A stretch of 32,000 nt of DNA, taken from positions 26,068 to 58,067 of the forward strand of contig JAUWKS010000018.1 of assembly GCA_030614005.1 (NCBI GenBank), in the 5' to 3' direction. Below, piece by piece: positions 17,607 through 26,622 of the stretch. Every line of letters starts with the position of its first letter. Positions within the stretch are counted from its first letter, which is position 1. The notes below the pieces were generated by a model that ran no database searches, was not told the DNA's origin, and saw only the letters and a program-made list of their open reading frames with translations. Both the position numbers and the translations under genes were made by a program. Source of the stretch: Candidatus Heimdallarchaeota archaeon. Its GTDB lineage: Archaea > Asgardarchaeota > Heimdallarchaeia > JABLTI01.

Positions 17607-18513
17607 TTGAGTGAAATCAAAATACAACATATAAAAGTTACAAAAAAATATCATTGTTCACCGAAAAATAGGTACAGGATTAAATGAAGGCAATATAATT
17701 TGTATAAATAATGATCTAGGATTAATTTTTGTTGATGCAGGACGTGTTGCACAAGATGCAAAAAAATTCCGAGAGGAAATGGAGAAGAAATATAATAAAA
17801 AAGCCAAGTATCTTATTTTAACCCATAATCATGACGATCATACTTTCGGAGCAGAAGCATTCAAAGATCTACCAATAATTTCTTCACAAAAAGCATTTGA
17901 TGATTATTACGAAATGAAAAAAGAAGGAAAGCTAAGTTTAGAATATCGTCAAGGGTTTATCAACGTAATTAAAGAAAAAGCAGCAAACGGTGAATTTGAG
18001 CTCTTGGAATCTTGGCACAATGATTTTGCTCCTAATTATTTAGCTGCTAATTTATATCCTCCAACTTTAGCTATTTCTGTAGAAATGAAACTCGGTTCAC
18101 CAGAACAACAATTATTTTTCAAAGTTATCGGTGGACATACAGACTGTTCTGCATTTTTGTATTATTTACCCGAAGATATTCTGATTGCTGGTGATAACTT
18201 TAATTGTGAACATGCACAAAATTCTGGTTGCATGCAAGCGGGAATGAATGACAAAGGTATAGCAATTCTGAAGATGTTTGAGGATCTTAATCCTAAAAAA
18301 GTTATTCCAGGTCATGGTCCAGTAGTTGAAGTAGATTATATCAGAACCTCTCGTGAATATTTTTCTAATATGTTTGAAAAATTGAAAGAGCTTAAAGAAA
18401 ATGGTGTTTCTCTTGAAGAAGCATCCAAACACCCCAGTTTGCCTGAATTTTTTGACTATGAAAAACACCGGCAATGGGATCGTATTATGTCAAGCTGGTA
18501 TACGCAACTCTAG
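17607..18513 (+). pseudogene. MBL-fold hydrolase with a one-base frameshift in an A7 run near the 5' end
   Basis: THNHDDH, GGHT, AGD and PGHG motifs. The frame is open back to 17635 and contains strands GNIICI and LIFVDAG. SD GGTGA plus TTG 17607 join it if one A of 17642-17648 is removed. Confidence 0.7.
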
Positions 18514-18520
18514 TTGCGGG

Positions 18521-18588
18521 GGTCAAATTGAGGTTGGGCATCATTCATCTTCGAGTATGGTGCCTGCCTCCCAATGATCTATTTTTTT
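18521..18588 (+). terminator. Long irregular hairpin followed by T7
   Basis: GGTCA/TGATC, GAGG/CCTC and GGGCATCAT/ATGGTGCCT helices with G-U pairs, then TTTTTTT at 18582-18588. Confidence 0.5.
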
Positions 18589-18601
18589 CAAAGGTGATTA
18601 T

Positions 18602-18757
18602 ATGAATTATAGATTTGTTAAAGGAAAAGTCAATGCGTTAGGTGTAAAGAATGTCCTCAAAGTAGGTTTTAATCCAAATAAAACATGTAACTTTGATTGT
18701 GTATATTGTATTGTTGGAAGAACGAATAAATGGTTGAACAATCGATTAGAGTTCTAA
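18602..18757 (+). pseudogene. Truncated radical SAM gene (51 aa, CxxxCxxC only)
   Basis: SD AGGTGA, then MNYRFVKGKVNALGVKNVLKVGFNPNKTCNFDCVYCIVGRTNKWLNNRLEF*. It stops where the convergent GH57 gene ends. Not in the ORF track. Confidence 0.8.
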
Positions 18758-19915
18758 CATTATCTCTGTTAAACGTTCTTCAACTTTCCAAATCCGACCT
18801 TTTATCCAACCGCATCGATCTAGCATTGCCCTGTATGTGTTCTCATTAGAGAAATCTTCGTGGTATAATGCTGCGTCTGTAAGTTCTCGATAGATTGCCC
18901 ATCGAATATCATCTAATTTTTTCACTTTGATTGCGATAATTTCGTCTAACAATTTCTGTTTTTTCTTATCTTTATTTTCATTAACTGCTTTTTGTAGCAC
19001 ATCTTCTAATTTAAAGTAAAGGTATTCGATACGATGATACATTGAAACAGTTTCATTGCGAGCAAACCACATCTCAATAATCTTAGAATGTGGGAAGAAA
19101 ACATTAATACTTCGAGCCCAGGTAGTAACTTCTTCATTTTGATAAAATTTAGCTTGCCCCTTGTATTTTTTGACAACATCTTCTGCTTTCGAGAATTGAA
19201 CATTGTATTTCTCAAAATTCGTTAAGAAATATTCCAGAAATTTGAAGGAATCAGCTCCACGATGGTGACCAAAACATTCCAAATCGCATCCAATAGTTAT
19301 TGGTCCATTTCGTTTACCAATAGTTTCAAGTAACCATTGACCATTGGGAAAATTGCTGTCTGAAAAATGCCAACTCAAAGCTCGATTGCGAGGGAGAACA
19401 AATATCTCCTTGCCAGAGTCGAGTTTCCAAATTCCTTCAACATCATCAGTATAAAATGAATTGTGAACGCCTTCTACTATTGTATAATCAATATCAATTT
19501 CTTCAAGGAGATGCCGTTTGGAAGCAGAGAACACTAATTCTGAAGGAAACATACCACGCATTTCTTTACCAAATAAGTCTTTGACCATTTTTCTATGATG
19601 GTAAAATTGTTCCTTAATGAATCCATCATCCGTGAAAACTAATGGTGCATGATAAAATGGAGACAAGAGTATTTCAACAACATCGCGATTAACAAGTTCC
19701 TTTAAAGCATTGATAAGAAAGTCATTATTTGTTCTTTCAAACCATTGAATAACGCTACCTGTTAGAGAAAGGTTGATCTTGAATTGATGCTTTTTACTTA
19801 ATTCTAGAAGCATTTTGAAAAGAGGACCATAACTTTGCCAAGTAATTTCTTTAACAATAAATTCCTCGTTATAATATGGCTGGTGTCCATGAAGGAAAAG
19901 GACGCAATCGGTCAT
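18746..19915 (-). CDS. Glycoside hydrolase family 57 (alpha-amylase-like)
   Basis: HGHQP, NLSLTG, PFYHAPL, PSEL (nucleophile Glu) and DLECFGHH (acid/base Asp). ATG 19915 preferred. Confidence 0.88.
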   Translation of the reverse strand: MTDCVLFLHGHQPYYNEEFIVKEITWQSYGPLFKMLLELSKKHQFKINLSLTGSVIQWFERTNNDFLINALKELVNRDVVEILLSPFYHAPLVFTDDGFIKEQFYHHRKMVKDLFGKEMRGMFPSELVFSASKRHLLEEIDIDYTIVEGVHNSFYTDDVEGIWKLDSGKEIFVLPRNRALSWHFSDSNFPNGQWLLETIGKRNGPITIGCDLECFGHHRGADSFKFLEYFLTNFEKYNVQFSKAEDVVKKYKGQAKFYQNEEVTTWARSINVFFPHSKIIEMWFARNETVSMYHRIEYLYFKLEDVLQKAVNENKDKKKQKLLDEIIAIKVKKLDDIRWAIYRELTDAALYHEDFSNENTYRAMLDRCGWIKGRIWKVEERLTEIMLEL

Positions 19916-20044
19916 TTCATTATTCTCCAATTGATTTAAACTAGTGTATAAATATACTAGTTGCAATAAATTAAAAATTCATTGGATATAACAATTTTCA
20001 TAGAGCAATTAGAATGTGAAACGTTTCTTTAAAGGTGAAAGTAT

Positions 20045-20656
20045 TTGACAGACCAACAAATCAAAGATAACAGAAGTATGAAAGAATTTGCTTTAGACAC
20101 TCTCGAGACAGTGATATGCAATTTTATGATTTCATTGCAAGGAATAGAGCCTGAAAATATTACCAAACAACTCTCTGAAGATAGTAATCATATCTTTTGG
20201 ATACTAGGGCACTGTACGTCACATATCGATATAGTCTTTGGATTACACTGTCAAGGTAAGGGTTTATTATCAGAAGAACAACACAAACATTTTAGCTATG
20301 GAATTGCTAAAGAAATTGCTCACACGAAACCTGCAATATCCTATTATGATTTCATGGAACTATTTCTGAAAATAACTGAAAATACATTTGACTATCTGGA
20401 AAAATTACCCGAAGAGAAATTTAGAGATTTACCTCAAAATCTTGGTGAAAAAAGCTTCAAAGAATCAATTTTCATGGGTGTTCAAAGAGTAGCTCTTCAT
20501 TTAATGGGACACATGGGGCAAATAACTATTATTAGAAGAAAACTAGGAAATCCTGTTTCGATGGGTTTTGTTGCGGGTATGAAAAGAGAATCTCGAAATT
20601 CGATAAATGACAAATATATTAAATGGTGGAATGAGAATAAAGAAAAATTCATCTAA
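20045..20656 (+). CDS. DinB/YfiT family protein
   Basis: NHIFWILGH and HLMGHMGQITIIRR His triad. SD AGGTGA. Confidence 0.85.
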   Translation: MTDQQIKDNRSMKEFALDTLETVICNFMISLQGIEPENITKQLSEDSNHIFWILGHCTSHIDIVFGLHCQGKGLLSEEQHKHFSYGIAKEIAHTKPAISYYDFMELFLKITENTFDYLEKLPEEKFRDLPQNLGEKSFKESIFMGVQRVALHLMGHMGQITIIRRKLGNPVSMGFVAGMKRESRNSINDKYIKWWNENKEKFI

Positions 20657-20697
20657 AATAAATAATATTGAATTGAGCGGTTCCAACCATTTATTTT

Positions 20698-21108
20698 CTA
20701 ATTTTTATGTGGTGGATATTTCGCTTTTAGTACAAGATTGTCAATATATGAATTGATCATATCACGATTCACATCATCAGGATCACAAAGTAAAGCTCGC
20801 TTAAATGAATTGATAGATTTATGGTATTCACTGTTTGATTTGAAAGAATGAGCAATGGTGGACCAAAAGGTAAACATATCACCTGGTGGGTTATCCACTT
20901 TTTCCATACATACAACTGCTTCATTCAAGTTTCCCAGAGATTTATTACAAAGAGCCAATTGGTAAAGAACATCTTGATTATCAGGTTCAATTTCAGATGC
21001 TTGTTCTACAAGCTTGTAGGCTTGTTCATATTTCTCTTTCTGGAATGCAACTTTTCCTTGCCCTAAAAGGGTGTTAACATCGGCATTATTTGTCAATCTC
21101 ATCTCCAA
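20698..21108 (-). CDS. TPR-repeat protein
   Basis: About three TPR units, e.g. GKVAFQKEKYEQAYKLVEQASEIEPDN and SFKRALLCDPDD. Confidence 0.85.
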   Translation of the reverse strand: MEMRLTNNADVNTLLGQGKVAFQKEKYEQAYKLVEQASEIEPDNQDVLYQLALCNKSLGNLNEAVVCMEKVDNPPGDMFTFWSTIAHSFKSNSEYHKSINSFKRALLCDPDDVNRDMINSYIDNLVLKAKYPPHKN

Positions 21109-21180
21109 TTATTTTGTAATTAATCAATTAAAAAGTCTTTTCAATGCAAAGGTCAAAATTCTGTGTGGTCGTTTTCATCG

Positions 21181-21195
21181 AAAAGGTTTTAAATT
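21181..21195 (+). promoter_or_regulatory. BRE/TATA promoter of tRNA-Trp
   Basis: AAAAGG-TTTTAAAT about 32 nt upstream of the mature tRNA 5' end. Confidence 0.65.
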
Positions 21196-21226
21196 ATTTC
21201 AATTCAAAAAATTATAACACTATTAC

Positions 21227-21398
21227 GGAGTGGTAGTGTAAAATACTGTTCGAAAGAACAGTATTCACAAAGCCAGGCAGCACGGCAGGCTCCAGAAGTA
21301 ATGTGAATTTAACTGACCGTTTGGGATGATGTAGTTCCGGAGCGGTGCTCCATAGTAGAGAAACTTGCTGGTCGGGAGTTCAAATCTCCTCCACTCCA
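21227..21398 (+). tRNA. tRNA-Trp(CCA) with two introns (21241-21271 at position 14/15; 21296-21362 at 37/38)
   Basis: Acceptor GGAGTGG/CCACTCC with discriminator A, D-stem GTGT/GCAC, anticodon stem GCAGG/CTTGC with CT-CCA-G (anticodon 21292-21294), T-arm GGGAG-TTCAAAT-CTCCT. CCA end not encoded; T-run terminator follows. Confidence 0.93.
21296..21362 (+). ncRNA. Intron-encoded, partly degenerate box C/D-like guide
   Basis: D' CTGA (21313-21316), CC-GTTT-GG, C' ATGATGT (21326-21332), then TTCCGGAGC (21335-21343), complementary to the anticodon region with one mismatch. Confidence 0.55.
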
Positions 21399-21597
21399 CT
21401 TTTTTACTCTTCACTTCAACAGCTATTGAAAAACATACTATTCTAATTAAGAGTTCAAAATTTTATAACCAAATATCTACAAATCATTTCAGACAAAAAA
21501 TATTTTTTGCTCTGCCTTTTCAAAGTAAAAAAAAGAATCTTAAGTAGCTACGAGCAAATTGCTAAAAGAGTTATATGAATTTTGGGTGAAATATTTT

Positions 21598-23721
21598 ATG
21601 TCTACTAATAAGAGTGCTTTATTCAAAAATTTACTACTATTTTCCGTGATGTCCATCTTATTAATCCCTTCAATACATACAGGGAAAGCTCACGGTACAA
21701 ATTCTAATATAATTAGTTCAGCAGATGAAATAGAACATATTTTTTATCTTCCTCCTCAATCGAGTGAAGATAATTTAATCGCTGGTGAATTTCAAGAATT
21801 CAATACTTTCCTTCCTTCAGCTACGAGAAAGAAATGGACCATAATGACATATATGGATGGAGATAACAATCTCGAAGAAGCAGCAATAGATGATATTGGT
21901 GAGATGGAACGCGGTGGAGGTTCAGTTGACGATGTTAATGTTATAGTCCTAATTGACCGTATTGATGGTTATGATACCTCTAATGGTGATTGGACTGGAG
22001 CAAAAATATACGATATAGAAACAGATACGACAAATGACATCGATTCATCACAATTGGTCAATATGGGTGAGCTGGCTATGGATCATCCTACTACTCTACA
22101 GAATTTCATTGAATATTGTTTTGCTAATTTCCCTGCAGACTATTATTGTTTGAATATTTGGGATCATGGAGCAGGTGTCTTTGGAGCTTGTTCAGATGAT
22201 ACTTCTGGTGGTGGTTTACTTACAATAAATGAGATTCAATCAGCAATTATTGGGGCAACAACTACTTACCCTGAATACATTGATATTGTTTCTTTTGATT
22301 GCTGTGTTATGAATGTTCTAGAGTTAGCATATGAACTAAGAAATTCATGTGACTATTTGGTTGCTTCTGAAGATAATATTCCATTTGATGGTTATGATTA
22401 TGAAACTTTGATTTCAGATATTACTTCTAATCCTGATATGATTCCGGAAGATTTCTGTGAAGCAATTGTTGACCAATATGGTGGTCAATATCCTACAGAA
22501 GAATCAACCTGCTTGTCTGCAATTAATATTTCAAAAATTGATCAAATAATGACTCATCTCGATGATTTGGCAACAAATCTATCCTATGGATTATCGAATT
22601 ATAATTACAAATACTTACTTTATCAAGCAAGAAGTGCATCTCGAGCATTTTCTGATGGAGCTTTCGTTGATATTGTTGATTTGTGTGAAAAAATCAATAA
22701 TCTCTTTATTAATACAAAATTAAATTCTGTTGTTACTGCATTGATAGATGCAGTTGAGGATGCTGTTTTCTCTAATTGGCAACATACTAGTTACTTATCC
22801 ACTGCTCATGGATTGTCTATATTCTATCCAATAACAGATTATCAATTACCTGAGAATGTTATGAATAATTATGCAGATAGAACAGCCCATTTCACAGGAA
22901 TGGATTTACAACAAGATAACCAATGGGGCGAGTTCATTCGTTTATGTTATAACATTTATTCTCTCGTCGCTCCTGAATATCCTGATTTTATTTCATTAGA
23001 AACTCAGACACAAAACACCATTACTGAAAATTACATTGATACTTATTTGATAAGTATCCAAGAGGAAGAAGTATACGAATTGAGCTGTATTATTGAATCT
23101 GGTGATGCTGATATTTATCTCTCAACAGTAACCTCTAGTGGTTATTCAATTATCATTGGAAGTTCGCTGGTGAACCCTGATGATGGTTCAATAGAGCTTT
23201 GTAGAAGATTTCTTCCGGCAGCAGTGTATACGATTATTGTTTTAGGTGTTGGACCAAGTTCACAATATTCTTTTGACATAAGTGCTTATACAATTCCAGC
23301 CTTAGATGTCAAAGATCAACAAAACACCACTGGAGGATCGGTGTATGGTGAAGATGGGCATTTTATTCAAGATCTCCATCATTATTATACTGTTGATTTA
23401 AAGAAAGATATCTACAGTATTATACTCAATAATTCTGCAACAACGAATTACTTGATCAACATTTATTCACTTGATTGGGAACTTTTAGACAGTCTTTCAC
23501 CTGCTGGTTATGGAAACGGCTTACAACTGCTTTTCAATAGCACCGAAGAAATGACAATTATTATTGAGGTATATGCTTTTGAAGGAGCGGGAAGTTTTGA
23601 GCTTGTAGTTCTCAGCTCTAAAGGATTAGGCTTCTCAATGGTTGCTGTATTGCTTCTATCGGTAACTGCCATATTAACAATAAGCTATATTCGATCAAGC
23701 AAGAAACAAAAAAGAAATTAG
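21598..23721 (+). CDS. Clostripain-family (C11) cysteine peptidase, secreted and membrane-anchored, with C-terminal beta-sandwich (PPC-like) domains
   Basis: WTIMTYMDGDNNLE, WDHGAG (His) and FDCCVM (Cys) motifs, signal peptide, C-terminal TM plus KKQKRN. ATG 21598 follows GGGTGA. Confidence 0.9.
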   Translation: MSTNKSALFKNLLLFSVMSILLIPSIHTGKAHGTNSNIISSADEIEHIFYLPPQSSEDNLIAGEFQEFNTFLPSATRKKWTIMTYMDGDNNLEEAAIDDIGEMERGGGSVDDVNVIVLIDRIDGYDTSNGDWTGAKIYDIETDTTNDIDSSQLVNMGELAMDHPTTLQNFIEYCFANFPADYYCLNIWDHGAGVFGACSDDTSGGGLLTINEIQSAIIGATTTYPEYIDIVSFDCCVMNVLELAYELRNSCDYLVASEDNIPFDGYDYETLISDITSNPDMIPEDFCEAIVDQYGGQYPTEESTCLSAINISKIDQIMTHLDDLATNLSYGLSNYNYKYLLYQARSASRAFSDGAFVDIVDLCEKINNLFINTKLNSVVTALIDAVEDAVFSNWQHTSYLSTAHGLSIFYPITDYQLPENVMNNYADRTAHFTGMDLQQDNQWGEFIRLCYNIYSLVAPEYPDFISLETQTQNTITENYIDTYLISIQEEEVYELSCIIESGDADIYLSTVTSSGYSIIIGSSLVNPDDGSIELCRRFLPAAVYTIIVLGVGPSSQYSFDISAYTIPALDVKDQQNTTGGSVYGEDGHFIQDLHHYYTVDLKKDIYSIILNNSATTNYLINIYSLDWELLDSLSPAGYGNGLQLLFNSTEEMTIIIEVYAFEGAGSFELVVLSSKGLGFSMVAVLLLSVTAILTISYIRSSKKQKRN

Positions 23722-23840
23722 CCGATAAAGAACTGAATCCCTCATTTTGTGTAGGATTTATCCTTACTTTTTTTAATAGAATAAAGAGAATTTATTCTTA
23801 ACAACATAGCTTACAGAAAAGAAATTTTGCTGTGGTAAAT

Positions 23841-24572
23841 ATGACTGTAAAAATTGTTCTAATTGAACCTCAAGTAGAAGGTAATATAGGTGCTATTGCC
23901 CGTGTTATGAAAAATTTTGGTTTTAAAGACTTAATTTTAATCAACCCACAAGCGGAAATACAGGGTGATGTTTTTCGTTTTGCTATGCATGCCAAAGATG
24001 TTATTGAAAGCATGGAGATTTATGATTCCCTTGAAGAATTTCTTCCAAAAGTATCTTATGTTGTTGGTACTACCGCAAAGATTACAACAGATAGAGGGTC
24101 CACAAATGCAAGGATCGCGGTTAGCTCTGATGACTCATCCCTTGCAAATATTATTGCCTTCAAAGATGACATCGCTATTTTATTTGGAAGAGAGGATAGT
24201 GGTTTAACGAATGTAGAGATCAATTACTGTGATATGACAATACACATACCAACGTCAGAAGAATATTTAGCATTAAATCTTTCACAAGCAGTAGCTATCA
24301 TCTTATATTCATTGAACTCTCTTAAAGACAATCAAGATAAATTTCAATATAGGGAAGCCACGAAAGATCATAAGGAAAAGTTGCTTTTTTGGTTTGAGAA
24401 GAATGTCTCTGTTTTAAATTTCCAAGATTATAAGAAACGACTTTTAGTTAGACGTTTTCGTAATATAATTGGAAGAGCTTTTGTATCTGGAAAAGAAGCA
24501 ACTTCACTCATTGCTGTTTTTAGTCGTTCTTTTAATCGAATTACAGAATACAATGAATTAGACAAGAAATAG
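23841..24572 (+). CDS. trmJ: SPOUT RNA methyltransferase, TrmJ/LasT family (tRNA position-32 2'-O-methyltransferase)
   Basis: VLIEPQVEGNIGAIARVMKNFG, LFGREDSGLTNVE, IPTS..Y..LNLSQAV. Confidence 0.85.
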   Translation: MTVKIVLIEPQVEGNIGAIARVMKNFGFKDLILINPQAEIQGDVFRFAMHAKDVIESMEIYDSLEEFLPKVSYVVGTTAKITTDRGSTNARIAVSSDDSSLANIIAFKDDIAILFGREDSGLTNVEINYCDMTIHIPTSEEYLALNLSQAVAIILYSLNSLKDNQDKFQYREATKDHKEKLLFWFEKNVSVLNFQDYKKRLLVRRFRNIIGRAFVSGKEATSLIAVFSRSFNRITEYNELDKK

Positions 24573-24656
24573 ATGAATAAAATAACTTCTCTGATACTTT
24601 GCTTTCTTTTCACAACAAGATTATTAATATAACTAATAGAATATTATTCGATACGA

Positions 24657-24845
24657 ATGACCTTTTCAATTATTGTTTTTGTTCCAGAAAATAAGGAATG
24701 GTGTGTTGCTGTTCAATTAAAATTTGTTGCAGTCAGTACAGTTTTTCCTTCTACTCAGGTTGATGTTGGAGCACTAGCAACCTAAATTTATTGTAATACA
24801 TCACGTAACAATAATATGAAAAAACAGACAGCACACCAGCAATGA
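24657..24845 (+). pseudogene. Decayed N-terminal remnant of a DUF1028 (Ntn-hydrolase-like) gene
   Basis: MTFSIIVFVPENKEWCVAVQLKFVAVSTVFPSTQVDVGALAT*IYCNTS parallels the DUF1028 start MTFSIVA.DP..GE.GVAVQSKF.AVG..VP.....VGAVATQ, with TAA 24783-24785 at the Gln. Not in the ORF track. Confidence 0.75.
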
Positions 24846-24851
24846 TGAAAA

Positions 24852-26168
24852 ATGGATGTTCAATTATCAGCTTACAAAAATCTCTTTTCAGAGAAGGATA
24901 TAGGAATAGTTTTTCGCTACTCTCGAGCAAATATCTATTCTTACCATGCACTAATTGGTTCTCTCGAGATACATCCACAGCTTGCAAACATTCCTGTTTT
25001 CATACCATCTCCTGACAATTTTCTCGCAGAAATAAATCGATTGTTATCTATCGAGGGCTATAAGAAATTAGTAGTTGGTTTATCCCTACACACTTTCCAA
25101 CTAGATGAAAATATTAGAGTTATTCAAGAATTAAATCAGCACCCTAATAGAGATAAAATATCGATAGTTGTTGGAGGACCTCATCCAAGTGCCAAACCTA
25201 AAGATTTGCTCAGCAAAGGTGCTAATATCGCTGTTGTGGGAGAAGGTGAGAAAACCTTTCCGGAAGTTATTACAAAAATAATTAATGAAACATCTTTGGT
25301 TTCTCAAAAAGGAATTGCTTTTCTAAACGAACACGATGAAATAGTTGTTCAACCTCCAAACAATCTCATAAATCTTGATGATTATCCACCTTTTGCACCT
25401 ACACATGAACTCTATTCTGCTCTCGAGATAACTAGAGGATGTAATTACCTTTGCAAATATTGCCAAACTCCATCACTTCTTGGAAAAAAAGTTCGATATA
25501 GATCACCTCAAGAAATAATTAAATGGGGTAAATTTCTTCTATCAAAAAGAGATAGTTGGGATTTTAGATTTATCACTCCAAATGCTTTTGGTTATGGGTC
25601 AAAAAAAGCATCTATGCCAAATATTGCTATGATAAAGGAATTATTATCTGGATTGAAAAATCTCAAAGCTAAAAAGAGAAGGAGAATATTTTTCGGCACA
25701 TTTCCTTCTGAAGTTCGACCGGAATCTGTCACAGAAGGTACTTTAAATCTTACAAAAGAATATTGCGACAATGATAATCTTACGATGGGCGCTCAAACTG
25801 GCAGTCCACGGATAATGAAATTAATTCGTAGAGGTCATTCAATCGAGCGTGTAGTTGAGGCTGTTGATTTGGCAATTAGTTTTAACTTTAAAATAAATGT
25901 TGATTTTATTATTGGTTATCCTGAAGAAACCGAAGAAGATCAGCATTTGACTTTAGATTTATGCAAGAAATTGATAGCTAAAGGTTGTAAAGTGCATATG
26001 CATTACTTGATTCCTCTCCCTGGAACAGACTATGCCGAAGTAACACCTACACCTATTGCTCCTGAAATATTGAAAGTTCTAAGAAAGTGGTCTAATGATG
26101 GAACAATTTTTGGTTCATGGCAACATCAGCATGACCTTATTACTGGAAATATGAAAAGAAAAGAATGA
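24852..26168 (+). CDS. B12-binding domain/radical SAM protein (TIGR04013-like)
   Basis: VVGGPHPS and AVVGEGE cobalamin-domain motifs, EITRGCNYLCKYC, FGTFPSEVRPE, and GAQTGS. Confidence 0.9.
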   Translation: MDVQLSAYKNLFSEKDIGIVFRYSRANIYSYHALIGSLEIHPQLANIPVFIPSPDNFLAEINRLLSIEGYKKLVVGLSLHTFQLDENIRVIQELNQHPNRDKISIVVGGPHPSAKPKDLLSKGANIAVVGEGEKTFPEVITKIINETSLVSQKGIAFLNEHDEIVVQPPNNLINLDDYPPFAPTHELYSALEITRGCNYLCKYCQTPSLLGKKVRYRSPQEIIKWGKFLLSKRDSWDFRFITPNAFGYGSKKASMPNIAMIKELLSGLKNLKAKKRRRIFFGTFPSEVRPESVTEGTLNLTKEYCDNDNLTMGAQTGSPRIMKLIRRGHSIERVVEAVDLAISFNFKINVDFIIGYPEETEEDQHLTLDLCKKLIAKGCKVHMHYLIPLPGTDYAEVTPTPIAPEILKVLRKWSNDGTIFGSWQHQHDLITGNMKRKE

Positions 26169-26176
26169 CTTAATAT

Positions 26177-26530
26177 TTAATCTTCAACAGGTTCTTCTTC
26201 ATCAATATAGATTGTTCTGCGGATAACTACCTCAGATTCACTCCAAGTTTCGCGAGCCTTTCTATCGTACTCCTTTTTACGATATTTTTTATCAGAAAGT
26301 AATTGCAAGTACACTTCTTTTCCTTCCCCTGAAAGAGCATACATTCCCCCTGCATGACAAGTAACGATTTTATAATTTCGAAACTCCCGGATAATAGCAT
26401 TTATGGTTAGTGGACTAAGCTTTGTGATATCCACTAGCTCAAGTTTATTGCTTATTTCTTTATCTCCAAGAGCTCGAATGATATCACGTCGAGCTTGAGA
26501 ACGAAGCGGATCCTTCTTGTATTCAGTCAT
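26177..26530 (-). CDS. Winged-helix DNA-binding protein
   Basis: ARRDIIRAL..ELVDITKLSPLTINAIIREF..YKIV..GGMYALSGEG. A minus-strand TTTAAATA at 26583-26590 favours ATG 26530 over 26575. Confidence 0.7.
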   Translation of the reverse strand: MTEYKKDPLRSQARRDIIRALGDKEISNKLELVDITKLSPLTINAIIREFRNYKIVTCHAGGMYALSGEGKEVYLQLLSDKKYRKKEYDRKARETWSESEVVIRRTIYIDEEEPVED

Positions 26531-26622
26531 TTTACCACAAGTTCTCCTCAGTGAGAGGGTAAGTAACCCTCCCATTTTTGTCTATTTAAACTTCTTTCTC
26601 ATTGCAATAACTAGTTGAAAAG

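Noticed and set aside
18521-18579. 3' UTR hairpin as a SECIS element
   Set aside because: No in-frame UGA in the upstream gene and no AUGA/GA or GAA/A core.
21365-21547. 60-aa plus-strand ORF
   Set aside because: Starts inside the tRNA 3' exon and crosses its terminator.
24751-24987. 78-aa minus-strand ORF
   Set aside because: Antisense to the radical SAM gene and the DUF1028 remnant.
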